From assembly GCA_051362555.1 (NCBI GenBank), contig CM120640.1:41952788-42016787 (forward strand): a stretch of 64,000 bases of DNA, read 5' to 3'. Position numbers and translations under genes: made by a program. The notes under the pieces were generated by a model. The model did no database searches and was not told the origin of the DNA. It saw only the letters and a list, made by a program, of their open reading frames with translations. Of this stretch, positions 12,761-43,700 are shown in pieces. The number at the start of each line of letters is the position of its first letter. Within the stretch, counting starts at the first letter, position 1. The DNA is from Lingula anatina. Lineage: Eukaryota > Animalia > Brachiopoda.

Positions 12761-13657
12761 TTTCTGTTCTTTGTCTGTACATTTGACAGCTTTGCTGCCT
12801 TGTTTTATTGTCATTTTAAAAGTTAAAAATCTGGTGCCTTTCACTAGATGCAGCAGAATGCCACTTGCCTCATAATGTCATTGTACAATCAATGCCCATT
12901 GAAAGTAGACATTGATTTAAAACGGCACAAGTCTACTGACTTGATTTAGTTGGTCTACTTGTCGTGAACGATACAAAAAAACAAGACTATGCTAACAAGG
13001 TGTACTCCAAAGTACAGTGATGTCAAGTTGATGAACGTTAAAACCTTCATACATATTTATTAGAACTATTATCTTTTATTTTGCAAACTGCATAACGTGG
13101 CATTTGAATTATCTGATATTCAAAATGAGGTGTGTGTTATCCTTGGAAATAGATAACATAAAAATAAAAATTAAAAAATATTATCTTTACGCGCATACAT
13201 ATGGAGCGGCGTCATTCCGCAAGCGTTACAGACTTATGATTTCATGCACAGGTTCGTCTTCTGATCGAGAGCCTGAGGATACTGTAAAAAACTAAAATGT
13301 GGCTTTGGCTCCTTTTTTTATGGATATCATTGGTTGTACAATCAGTAGGATTTTGTGAAAAATCCTTTAGGATGTTTAATACCAAAAACATCGGTTCATG
13401 ACATGGTTTTCACTTTACGCATTGCATTAGGGGTGACACCTTATTTTACTAGGGAAACATACGTATCATACAACACCTTGATTGCGATTGCAATAGGGGG
13501 TGAGCAAAACAAATTATTATCTCAGTAATGAAGGGGGAAGGGAGATTACGTGTTCAGTGTTGCTGAATTCCTGAATTAACTGGTTGATATATATATAGAG
13601 AGAGAGGACATTTCAGTCGTTAAGATTACCACGTGCTGAATAACAACTGAATGACAC

Positions 13658-15207
13658 GTACATGTGCCAAAACTTTAACACAAATTGCATCGACTATCGT
13701 TTAGGGTTCAGTAGTTTAGATAGGATCTACATTTCCTCTGTTTTGCCTTTAATTTTTTTTATTTTATTATTTTCTAAGATATAACGATGAGGTATTATTA
13801 TTATTATTATTTTACATCACTAATCTTATTTAACAATCTTACTGTTATGGCCTGGTTTCAGTTTGTTTAAGAAATGATAGCTATCGCGTTTAACAATAGA
13901 TTGCCAGCTTTTGCAAGATCCCCCCTCCTCTTTAACCCATGTCTGATAATTCACCATATTTTCATATATATAGTGTGATCACACTGTCAGGCTTCCCCTG
14001 TTGCACGCTGGAGTTTGATTGTCCTTGCGCCACAGCTAGATATTTTTCTCTTATTCTGTTGTTTATATAAACCTTTTCATTTATTTTTGAATATTTTCAT
14101 CTCATCACTATTCGACAGGACGTTTCTTCACGGCAGCTGGACACAGAGTAATTGTAAAGGCATGGTTTTACCTTGTTTGAGAAATGATAACAATCGCGTT
14201 TAACAATAGATTGCGAGCTATGGTAAGACTCCCCTCCTCTTTAACCAATGTTTTACACTGTTAATTCACACTGTCAGACTTCCCCCTGTTCCACGCTGGA
14301 GTTCAATTGCCCTTGCGCCACAGCTACATATTTTCTCCTATTCTGTTGTTTATACAAACCTTTTCATTTATTTTTGAATAGTATCATCTCATCACCCATT
14401 GTGCGCTCTGAGAAACGGGGGATTTTCCCCACAGCATAGTAATTTATTTTAAGTAATTTGTCTCATAACTATGACAGGGCGTTTTTTTTTCTCGTTGTTG
14501 TTTAAAAGTAAACGTAACATTAGTATGTCGAGGATATATGCTGAGCTCTTCTTGCGCAACAGACATCTAGATAACTCATGGTTATACATATAGCGGTGTT
14601 TGATTGCCATGTACTGATTATAATGGCACACCTTGATGCGAAACAGTCTATCGTTTCTTCCACCTTGGGTCCCTTAAATTTAAGTACCATTTTATATTAC
14701 TAATATTACCCATTTCATTTGACACTCTCTCTGTTTCTCTCCCTTCCACTCTCTCTTGTTAGAAGGAGGGGGAATATATAAGCACCCAAAATCTGCATCA
14801 CCAATCTTCAGAAAAGAAATGAATCAATGAACCAGTGAGCTGGTCCACAACGTCCGACACAGCAAAATTAAATCAAATATCAGCTGGCACAATTTTTAAC
14901 TGCATTTACTCTAAGGGGAAGTGCCTACCCAGTCGATCAGGGGATTAGGGCAGTCACTATATTCTGTCAACAATCGTTTAGCGACCCTATCATTATCACA
15001 CTCCCTCTATTGTATTTTCTGTCGTTATAATCAGCGGTACAGGGAGAAAATATACACAAATTTAATACTAGGACGGTACATGTGCCAAAATTCAACACAA
15101 ACTGCTTCGACTTTCGTTTAGGGTTCAGTAGTTTAGATAGGGTCCACATTTCCTTTTATTTTGCCTTTAATTTTTTGATTATTTTCTAAGATATAACGAC
15201 GAGGTAT
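13658..15207 (+). repeat. Local duplications: 13658-13795 repeated at 15076-15207; 13853-14107 repeated at 14163-14394
   Basis: GTACATGTGCCAAAA...TTTAGGGTTCAGTAGTTTAGATAGG occurs twice; ATCGCGTTTAACAATAGATTGC...AAACCTTTTCATTTATTTTTGAATA occurs twice. Confidence 0.8.
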
Positions 15208-15320
15208 CCGTCACAGGCGTAGAGGTTCAGTTGGTGTAAAATCTCTTTTTTTAATATAAGATCGATTACAACAGGTACGAGAGATGAATTGATTATCTAT
15301 GTGGTTGGACCCTTAATTAA

Positions 15321-15623
15321 AGGGGATTTGGGGAGGGGAGTCAGGAGGTCTTGACCGCCCCCCCCCCCCCCCTCCGGCTTCTGAAAAATATATCACACTA
15401 ATATTCCCCTTTGAGGTTAGAATTTTGACTAGCTGAATCATAGCTCTAAACCGTACCGAAAGGGCACCATTTGCCCTCCAAAACACCAAAAAAAAGTTGG
15501 GGCCCTTGAGCAGGCTCCGAACCCCACGCCAAGCGATGGTCGGCTTTGCATCCGAGGCCTGTCGTTCAGGACCCCCCACCCCCCACCCCCACCCCCCTTC
15601 AAATAATACTGGATCCGCCCCTG
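15321..15623 (-). mobile_element. Degenerate hAT-like MITE (CAGGGGCGGATCCAG terminus)
   Basis: Minus-strand end CAGGGGCGGATCCAG at 15623, poly-C/G tracts, decayed opposite end near 15321; no clean TSD found. Confidence 0.45.
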
Positions 15624-15785
15624 TTTGTGCAATTTGGAATAGTGCTGTATGTGACATGGGGGACCCTTTCGTAAAAATGTTTTGTGGTTTATTACTCGCG
15701 TGACCAGTGATGGCTTTATCATCCATGTGCACTATAAAGGGTAACACCGAAGATGTAACGCCCTTCCGCCTGTAAGTTTGCTACT

Positions 15786-16294
15786 ATGGTAAAAGTACGG
15801 GACCTCACAAATGAGGAAAGAAAAGAATTTGCTTCTCTGAGGTTGGAAGGTGTAAATGCACCCCATGTAGCCACCAGATATGGCGTATCTAGTCAGACTG
15901 TATTAAACAGGGCCCCGTATCTCGAAAGGTTCGCTATGTTGCGCACGTGCGCAAGCGTCTTGATTCCATAACCGATTCTATTTCGAGATACGGAGCCCAG
16001 GCCTACCCAACAGGCCTACCCAACTACCAGACTCGGTACCGATTGATCCCAAATTCACCGTTAGATCGGACCACACTACCCGTTTTCAAGGTGTGCGTCA
16101 GTACGCATTTCACAGTATCATACCCCGGAACAAATTTTGAGATGAGATGCACTACTTTACAACCCCGCCGAGAATCATCACCATCACATCGCGTACTAGG
16201 CAAGAGCGGTGGCGCGTCTGATACCTCGAAGTGCGTACTGATACACACCTTGGAAACGGGTATTGTGGTCCGATCTACCGGCGAATTCAGGATC
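15786..16294 (+). mobile_element. GC-elevated, palindrome-rich transposon-like relic with a short helix-turn-helix ORF
   Basis: ORF 15786-15971 (LTNEERKEFASLRLEGVNAPHVATRYGVSSQTV) fits a transposase-type HTH pattern; inverted repeats at ~15910-15927/15981-15998 and ~16046-16120/16219-16294. Confidence 0.45.
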
Positions 16295-17986
16295 ATTCTG
16301 TAAATCTGTAGTAAAAATACAAAGTTGGCATGACAATTTTTTCTTTAAAATACTAATTGAATAGCCTAACAAATCCAGCTGTTGTTCACCTTCAAACAAA
16401 GTATTGCAATACTTTTGCCACCCTCCCCTGTACAATGGGTCCAAGCTATGTGCGAACAAATCCACGAATTGTAGAAAGGGGACATCCTTTGTTTTTTGGG
16501 AAACGTTCACGGTGTAAAGAGCGTAACGTGGATTTTCCCTTTCCAGTATGTTTTGATTATTAAAAAAAAAAAAAAAACAATAGAAAACGGCGAATCTACC
16601 GGAAATACCCGCACGCCCAAAATATCACAAGTGTTTCACGTGATAGCGCGCGCGTAAAACAATGACATTTATGGGAAAATATTCCAAAACAAAATAAAAA
16701 GATGTCTACGTAAGGCACATTGTGTCAGGAAATATGGGTCCTGGACCTTGACCTGAACCAACATTGCTTTCTCTCTATACAAGAATATTATTCTGACAAT
16801 AAAAATTTTGGTGCACTTCATTAATCTGCGGTCCTGGTATAGAGTGACCATGAGTTCAGAGTCCCATAACCTGAATGACCAACGAGACAAGTCATGGCAT
16901 TTGAGCATGTCTGGCTTAATTAGACAAGATAGGTTGCATGTCGTTTTGACCATTGAATATTAAGTGAGCGCAGAAACAATACATGACTGTGTGTGATTTT
17001 GAACTTAATCGTGCAAGTCAAACTTCTACATGTACATATACTTAAAAACCACCGCTACTGCCTGTGAGATTTTCACGTGTTAGAAATTACGATTGCCATT
17101 TCGGTAATCTGGATCCAAGCGTAAGCCCCTACACGTAGCCAAATGCAACTTTTGTTGCTTAATTCTTATTTCATTATGAAAATCTTATGTAGAATCTATA
17201 CGTTTTTTTCTTTAATTGTTATTCCCCGTATGCGTTGGTCATTTAGGGTTAAAGTTGTTGCGGTGTGATCTCATGCCAAATTCTAAAAACAGTTAGATGA
17301 TTTTTACATTTACTAAAGGGTCGTCAAGATATATGACATGAACGTATATCATGCAGGGAGTGTTTGACGGAGAATTATATTACTTAACAATATACATGTA
17401 GTCACCTTAAACATTAGTTAAAGTCATCTCTGCGCCCACACATATCGATCACTGTCAGCCCGTTATGGAGCAAAATAAAGATTAAAAGGTAAAAAATTTC
17501 AGTAAAGCAAAGATGTACAAACTCCTCATAGCATATGTAGCTAAAGCGTAGCGTACAATTTGATAGAAAGTAAGGGGGAGTGGTGACAACCTCAAATCAA
17601 ATTACGATTGACTACATGTGTAGCTGATCCAGCTTTCATTTGCCTTCGCGCTTTGCGCTTCTACGAACAGACAGTCTCTGAACCAAAAGCAATGAAGGGA
17701 GAGCTTGATGCTTTTCTATTTCCACGTACTGATTCCATTTTTCATAAAGTAAATTACCAATATTAACGTTTTTCAGTCTTCTTTCGACTTGCTTTCTCAC
17801 TGCAGAAACATGGGCAATGGCGGCAACCTAATAGACCCATTGCATGACTAAAATGGTATGGGAAGAACTTTGCATGTGACATATTTATCATAAATGATAT
17901 GACTGGACATACATGTACGTATATTACCCATATAAGGTGTCTTTACAATTAAGGACCTTTAGAGGAGATCGTCATTTAGAAAAAAT

Positions 17987-36823
<18,837 letters not shown>

Positions 36824-37785
36824 ATGGATACTTTCATGGTTTTGATGTTATTCACCTACTTGATAGGCCTTTTCTTGTACTGATTTGAGTTTTTTAGTTT
36901 AGGTCAAGTGAGTTATAGTTAAGTCCCTAGTAAATTATAAGAAAAAAAAATCAGCAGTTTCAAGCATTTTTGGGCACATGGTACCTTTTCACCTATTTGG
37001 GAAAGGCAGAGCAGGATCCACCTATGTTTTGAAAAAGGGGAAGATCTGGGTTAAAGGGTTAACCCCCTAGACCTAACTTGCACAATGTAAAGGTCACACT
37101 AAAAAGGATAAAGGCCAGAATCTTATTCCCCTTTCTCTCTCCCCCCTCCCCACCCCCAACCCAGCTCAAGCTCCCAATCAGTCAACAGTAGGGTGTTGTG
37201 ATCACACACTAAGAAGTCATTACGATTATAAATGGTATGTTTTCCAAATTTTTCTTTTATAAGTTTTGTACTCAATTCCCAGATATTATCCTTAAATCTA
37301 ACATACTATTAATGAATCAACATTTTAGATTATTTTAGAAGTTTTTTTAGCATGAGATATTTATGGCAATTTATAGCAACAGAAATGTTATTTATAAAGG
37401 TTAACATCTTAGAATATCTTTCTAAAGGGTGAGGGGTTTATATTTAAATATATTTTGAAAAATGATTTATACAGGAGGTAGAGGTGCAATTTTTAAAAAA
37501 AATCTTATTAAACATATTAAATGTACTTGGGTCATGTTTTACTTTTCTAGTGTTTTAGAATGTCATAACTGTCATCCAATGATGTATCAAAGGTTGGTTT
37601 TCACTATGTACCACTCAAAAGGATTAAAATACACAATAACTGTTTGCTTTATATATACCATGTATGAAATAATCAGTTTTTTTTTTGTTTGTTTGTTTGT
37701 TTATGTACGTACACATGAAAACAGTAAGCCGAAAAGACAGCAACTGGAAAAGACAGGTCTAGATGATCTGCATCTGCTTGTTTTA

Positions 37786-38464
37786 GGCCCCTATTTCACA
37801 CAGACCACGAATCCCACGAATGGCCATGAATTGACAAATTCCACGATTCATGGTTGAATCGTAATCAGTTTGTGAAGTTCTTAACAGATTCGTATAAATT
37901 CCTAGTCAATTCTTGCACTTCTTGACCAACAGGAATTGGTGGCAAAAACTTTGATGCCCCTATTTCACACAGACCACGAATCCCACGAATCGCCAGGAAT
38001 TGAAAATTTTAGGATTCATGGTTGAATCGTAATCAGTTCGTGAAGTTCTTAACAGATTCGTATATAATCGTAGTCAGTTCTTGCAATTCTTGATCAATCG
38101 GGAATTCGTGGCAAAAATTTTGAGCTGTTCGAAGTTTTGACCACGAACTCCCGATTGCAAAAAATAGTAGTGAATTTCTGGACAATATTCGTGCGATTCC
38201 AGCCGAATCCCACGGATATTCGTAACACTATCGCACCTGTATCATAACTGAATCGTAGAGCGTGTCGAATTAGACCAAAAAATTGGCAAAATTTCACGAT
38301 TCCAGCCGAACCCCACGAATATTCGTAACACTATCGTACCTGTATCGTAACTGAACCGTGAGCGTGTCGAATAAGACCAGAAAATTGGCAAAATCTCACG
38401 AATCCTCACGAATCCTGAAATTTGTCAATTCCTGGCGATTCGTGGTCTGTGTGAAATAGGGGCC
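37786..38464. mobile_element. PIF/Harbinger-type MITE
   Basis: 28-bp TIR GGCCCCTATTTCACACAGACCACGAATC / GATTCGTGGTCTGTGTGAAATAGGGGCC, TTA TSD on both sides; internal duplication of the left end at ~37956. Confidence 0.88.
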
Positions 38465-40708
38465 TTAGGAAGCATTCACCCAGGTAGTTGTGGGATAACA
38501 TGACTGTGCAAGGCAATAATAAAAGCAGTAGCTGTTTCCATAGCAAATTTATTATGCTAAAAGAAATCTAACCTAAAATATGGAACTTTAAACTGTTAGT
38601 TAAAATGTGAAAGTCAACAATGAATCAGCCAAACGTGACGTAGGTCTATTGTCCTCTGGAGTAAGACAATGAAGATTGTACAATGCACAAAGTTAATATA
38701 AGGACTATATCCAGGCTTGTCCACCAGTGTTGGAAATAAATATCCAGACAGGATTTCATATCTAGGATTTTCAACTTTGTTTATAAGTGGATGTTATTAC
38801 TTGAAGATCTATAGAAGCTACCAAATACTATTAGTCAACTGATGAATGATCAATTGCACTCCATTATTTTGACCCCCATTTATCACTGGAGTCGCATTTA
38901 CATTAAAGTTGCTTATTGTTAGAACCCTTCTCTGTGGAGCAGCTTGATTGGGGCAAGCTCACCAGAACAATGATAGCATTCCAATTGTTCTCTGATACTA
39001 CTTGCATGCAGTACCCAGAGGCTGGGATGGCAATAACCAGTGGTACCAGAGAATGAAAACTGCTGAAAGTGGCCATCTTCATCATACCTATGACCCATTT
39101 AGGCTAATAATCAGACAGCCCACAGAGAAGGGTTGTACCAAAAACGGTCCAAAATGTAAACACAACTTTCTGCTGGAATGTTGCAAGGTTAAGTGTACTG
39201 TGTTAATAAGGCACTGCATGTAGTTGTCTATGTTATTGGGGAAAAATATTCCCCCCGATATGTCATTAAAACCTTGTTATATTGTTCATAAATGCCAAAT
39301 ATTACCAGAACTTTTTAGGGGACCTATGATAATTTGAGATTTATGCTAAGAAGTATACATATAACCACTAAAATAAAACATTGCTGAACAAAGCACTGAG
39401 TAATGTAATTTTGTACAAAGACATGAAATAAGTCTACTATTGGGAACAATGCAATAGCTTTCCAGTTAGTGAAAAGAAACCTTCCCCGTCTTGTTCAACA
39501 ATGATTCAGCTGTCAGATACAATGCCAATTCCATTACAAAATTCCATTCAAGTGAACACAACTTAATTTTAACCTACTTTGCTACAAACTTACAACATTT
39601 AGTAAGATATTATTTAAAAATAGATATCTATGTACACAAATCCACTGCTATCACTCTTCCACCTTTTACATCAATTAAAATATACACCGTGGCATGAATA
39701 ATTTTATACAAGGACTAGTACCAATAATTCTACAACGTTGCAAGTTGCAGATGGTTAACATGAATGAGTTCTTTTAATTGCTTGATAAGGACTGTTTATT
39801 TTCTTTTTTTAAAAATAGTAACAACCTCATATTTGGTGTTCAAAACAAGAATGTTCCGCCTGGTGTGGCAGAATCCAGATCAAAAATATCTCATAAAATA
39901 TTAATCCAAAGAGCAATTTGCATACCACCCTTAATTAGAAAAATATATACCATGTCAGGCACTCGTGTGTACATAAAAAAGCAGTATTTCATATGGAAGA
40001 GCTTAGTTCTACTGACTGAGGAGAATGTCCTTAATATTTTCAGGTAATTAAATGAGGACTGACAGTCCACTTAAGGAGTGTCGATGCACGTTATTTATAA
40101 AGCCATCTTTCAGATCAGCTATTCTTCAATATAAATTCGGATAAGCATACCATATCTTCACTAAAGCAAATTCATTACTAAAGCAATTTTGATCTAGTTA
40201 TTTTTGTTTTAAAAACTAATATTTATAAAATACAAAACATATAATAAAATAAAATTTTGTAAGTTTCTCCACTACTTTATCACATAAAAAAACCTGAACT
40301 TAATTAAAAAGAGAAAAATAATGTAGTCAATAATACCAACCAACTGAATTTGCTCCATTTGCTACGTGCTTAAGTCTAAGAGGTTAAACCACAAATGTAA
40401 ATGTCTTTCTCCACTTTTCTCATTAACTGTATTAGTTGGAACAAAAAAAAGTATACAAAAAATTTAATTTGCTTTGGTATTTAAGATGCGGAATAAAACA
40501 TGTGAACTACAGTCTGTTGCAGACCTGGAAATATTGTCATAAACAAACAACAGTTTAAAGGAGCTCTTATAAGTTCCCTATATAAATTGTTCAGCCAAAG
40601 CTAAATAACATACCTTGTTAAAAATATTTTTTCATACAAAAAGTTATTTTTTCCAAAACTTAAATAGGAATCAAATGTCTAAGCACTTCAGTTGATTGCT
40701 TCACCTTC

Positions 40709-43700
40709 TTAATCTTCATCTCCGATGCCACGACAGAGGCAGATGGCAAATATGAAACCAAATAACTGGAAACCAACCACAGTAATAGATTAATATTCTT
40801 ATTTCAAACTGACAAAGTTCAAGGACAAATGTGTCACTTAACCATACAGTTGAACACATGTTAGCAGTTTTTCACTTCATTCTATTTTTACAAAATTGAA
40901 ATAATTGATTGAGTTTCTAAATAAAAGAGCACCAATGCTGTGACTCGAGAACAATTAAACCATGCTCCCCTGTCACAATACATATATCTATACCTGGTGA
41001 CAATATTAGGCCTGTTGGGGGAAATAACCTACTGGTTATTGGTATTCATTTATGTAAATGCGTGTGTGCGTGCATGCACCACGGGTGTACACTAACCTCA
41101 ACTCCTGCAATACCACAACCCACAGCAATGACGACAACCGCGTGATTGAGAAACCAGTCCTTGACAGCTTCATAGCAGCCCTGCAAGTAAAAGTCGTCAT
41201 TGATTTCACACTAAATTGTACATTTAGCATCATTAAAAAATGCATGGTTAAAAAATGAGAATGGTTACTAATAGAAGGATGGCTGGCGTTTCACTCAGGG
41301 ATAGGAAGGCGAGTGAAGAGCTGAATCAACATATGGGTATAGATAATATCAGGGATATGTTGCACCATTCCAGACTGAGATGGCAGGGATGTAGAAAGGA
41401 TGAGTGAAGACAACTGGGTGAAGAGAGTAATAAAGTTTGAAATGGAGGGCAGGAGGCCTCCAGGTAGACCAAGGTTGACTTGGAGGGAGGTAGTGAACAC
41501 AGACAGGAGACAGCTGCAAGCTCAAGACAGATCCCAGTAACAGACAAGAAATACGTACCCAAGATGATATTTAAAAAAGGGAGGTATCTTTCTGAAAACT
41601 GTCATGTATAATGAACCGTTCATTATACATGATGACATTTATTACAGGGACTATGTTAATAATAATTTTTTTTTGTTCTCTTTTTGCATAATGGTCAGTT
41701 ATTTGTTCAGGAATTTTGATTTAATTCTTCTTCAGAAAATTGATTAGCACTAAACTCATGTTTAGGTACAAAGAAAAATGAACATTTAGAATAGTGTTCA
41801 TAAACAATATGAACTTGTGTTAGAGAACCAAGCGTTGTTCCCAGACTACAGGTTTGTGCAGGAACATTTTACTATCTGTTCAATTCAAAAACAAAGTGTA
41901 CCATACATACTTTACTGTGTAGTTGGGTCGGTTGTGTCCCTGAACTAGCCTCCTGTCGGCATACTTGATAATTAACAGGCTGGATTTTATCTGGGTCTTT
42001 TCCTGCAGGCATCTTACAACAGGTAGGAGCAACAGGAATCTACACAAAAATTGTACTAATTATTATTATTATAATTTATTCACCCAATATATAAAACAGC
42101 TTATATTTCAAAAGTAGATACATGGATCGTTACATGCAAACATACGTACACACACACAAACACAAACATTCAGGCCCACATTCCCACATACCACATTCAG
42201 GTGGTAAGTTCAAGGTGGGGCTTTCTCCATGTGTGCATGCATGCATGCGTATGCACATCCTTTTTCAATCAAAATCTGATATCTATAGGCTCAATGCCAT
42301 AATGGTAAAAAGGTCCAACTTGAAATTGTTGACTACAGGCCTGACATAAGAAATTGACTTTAAGCTCTAATAATAAAGTAACCAAGTAACAAAATAGAGA
42401 AAATCTACATTTTTTTTCATTTCTCAGGAAATTAATATCCATATTCCACAAACTAAAGTAAAATTAGCATACCACATTTAAAAGTAACATTAATATACAG
42501 CAATGCATACATATAAAATGTAGAGGACATGTGCATCACATTTATTGCTATTCATACACTTACCCCAGATGCATTTGACCACTTGCTGTTTTGGTAGTCA
42601 GTGTAGTTGTTTGCTCCACAGCATTCATGCTATAAGTGATTGAAAGATTACAAATGACAATTGAATACAGTTGAGATACACTGACAACCTTGCTTATGTC
42701 AAAAGCCAAAATTTGTTTCATTTTTAAAACATGACCCCATTTTAAATTGGGTCCTTTGGGGGAAAAAGCTGCCTGAAAATATGCTTATATCTGTATATTG
42801 TTTTCCTTCTGTGAGACTATTCTACATAAATGCATGGACATAATGAGAGGAGGACGTGAAACGCGGCATCTTCCTTTGAAGCTATGTGCGTTCGGGTAAA
42901 CAGTCACCCATTGTCTCAGATAAGCTGTTTTGATAGCTCCACAGGAGCCTAAACAACTTATTATCAAGGTAGCGCGCGCTGTGCCTCATTGAAATTCTTT
43001 TATTCTATTGCATGGATAACGCAATTTCTCGCGGTCCCTCGTGGTTGCTATGATACAGCATTAACTCCATCTTGTAGTTGCTAGCACATACATTGTAGAC
43101 TTGCGTCAACAAGTGGAAATTTGTTTCGGGTTTTCAGTTTCTTTTTCCTGTAACCTAATTAAAACGGGCTCTGGCCTTTGTCTATACTTGTTATCGTTTC
43201 CAAGATTGTATTGATATATGTCGAACTGATATATAACTGGTTTAAAAGCAAGTTGACTAATAAAGCCAGGTAGGTGCTATCCAAACGCATCTGATAACAA
43301 GATAATGCAATGTAGCAAGCCAATTACAGAGGTGAGACTTAAATCACAAATGTGATCAAGATCCACTTTTATGACCATTACCCAAGAAAATATATTCATG
43401 AAGTTTGCATGTGTACATGTCCACATTTATACTTGAATTAAAAGACCAATGAGGGTGTTTGTCAATCGTCTCTATGCTGTTTAGGGACTCCAATTTAAAG
43501 ATACAAAACTATTAATTATCATTCTCAAACTGGAGCAGACCGTAGCCGGTAATGTGTAAATAAATATATACTTCAGAGCAGTGTTAATGTCAACTATGAT
43601 AAAAGAATATTAAAAGGCCCACAAGTGCACTTTTGTGCGTAACGAATGCGTGTGGTGCCATATTGCAATGAGAGCCCATATTGAAAGTTAAATAAATAAT

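Larger units (their letters stand above)
10950..12804 (+). mobile_element. Non-autonomous Helentron/HINE (DINE-1/pearl-like) element with internal tandem array
   Basis: 5' TTTT-ATGTACAGACAC subTIR plus inverted copy GTGTCTGTACAT, then a (CGT)-rich microsatellite and a 162-163-bp repeat core; 3' subTIR TGTCTGTACAT (12772-12782), hairpin GACAGC-TTT-GCTGCC, then TTGTTTT. Confidence 0.8.

Noticed and set aside
38903-39223. GC-richer exon-like stretch after the synthase as a possible thioesterase exon
   Set aside because: The frames read give short peptides (e.g. EPFSVEQLDWGKLTRTM...TRE*) with no GxSxG or TE resemblance, and the ACP exon has no usable donor.
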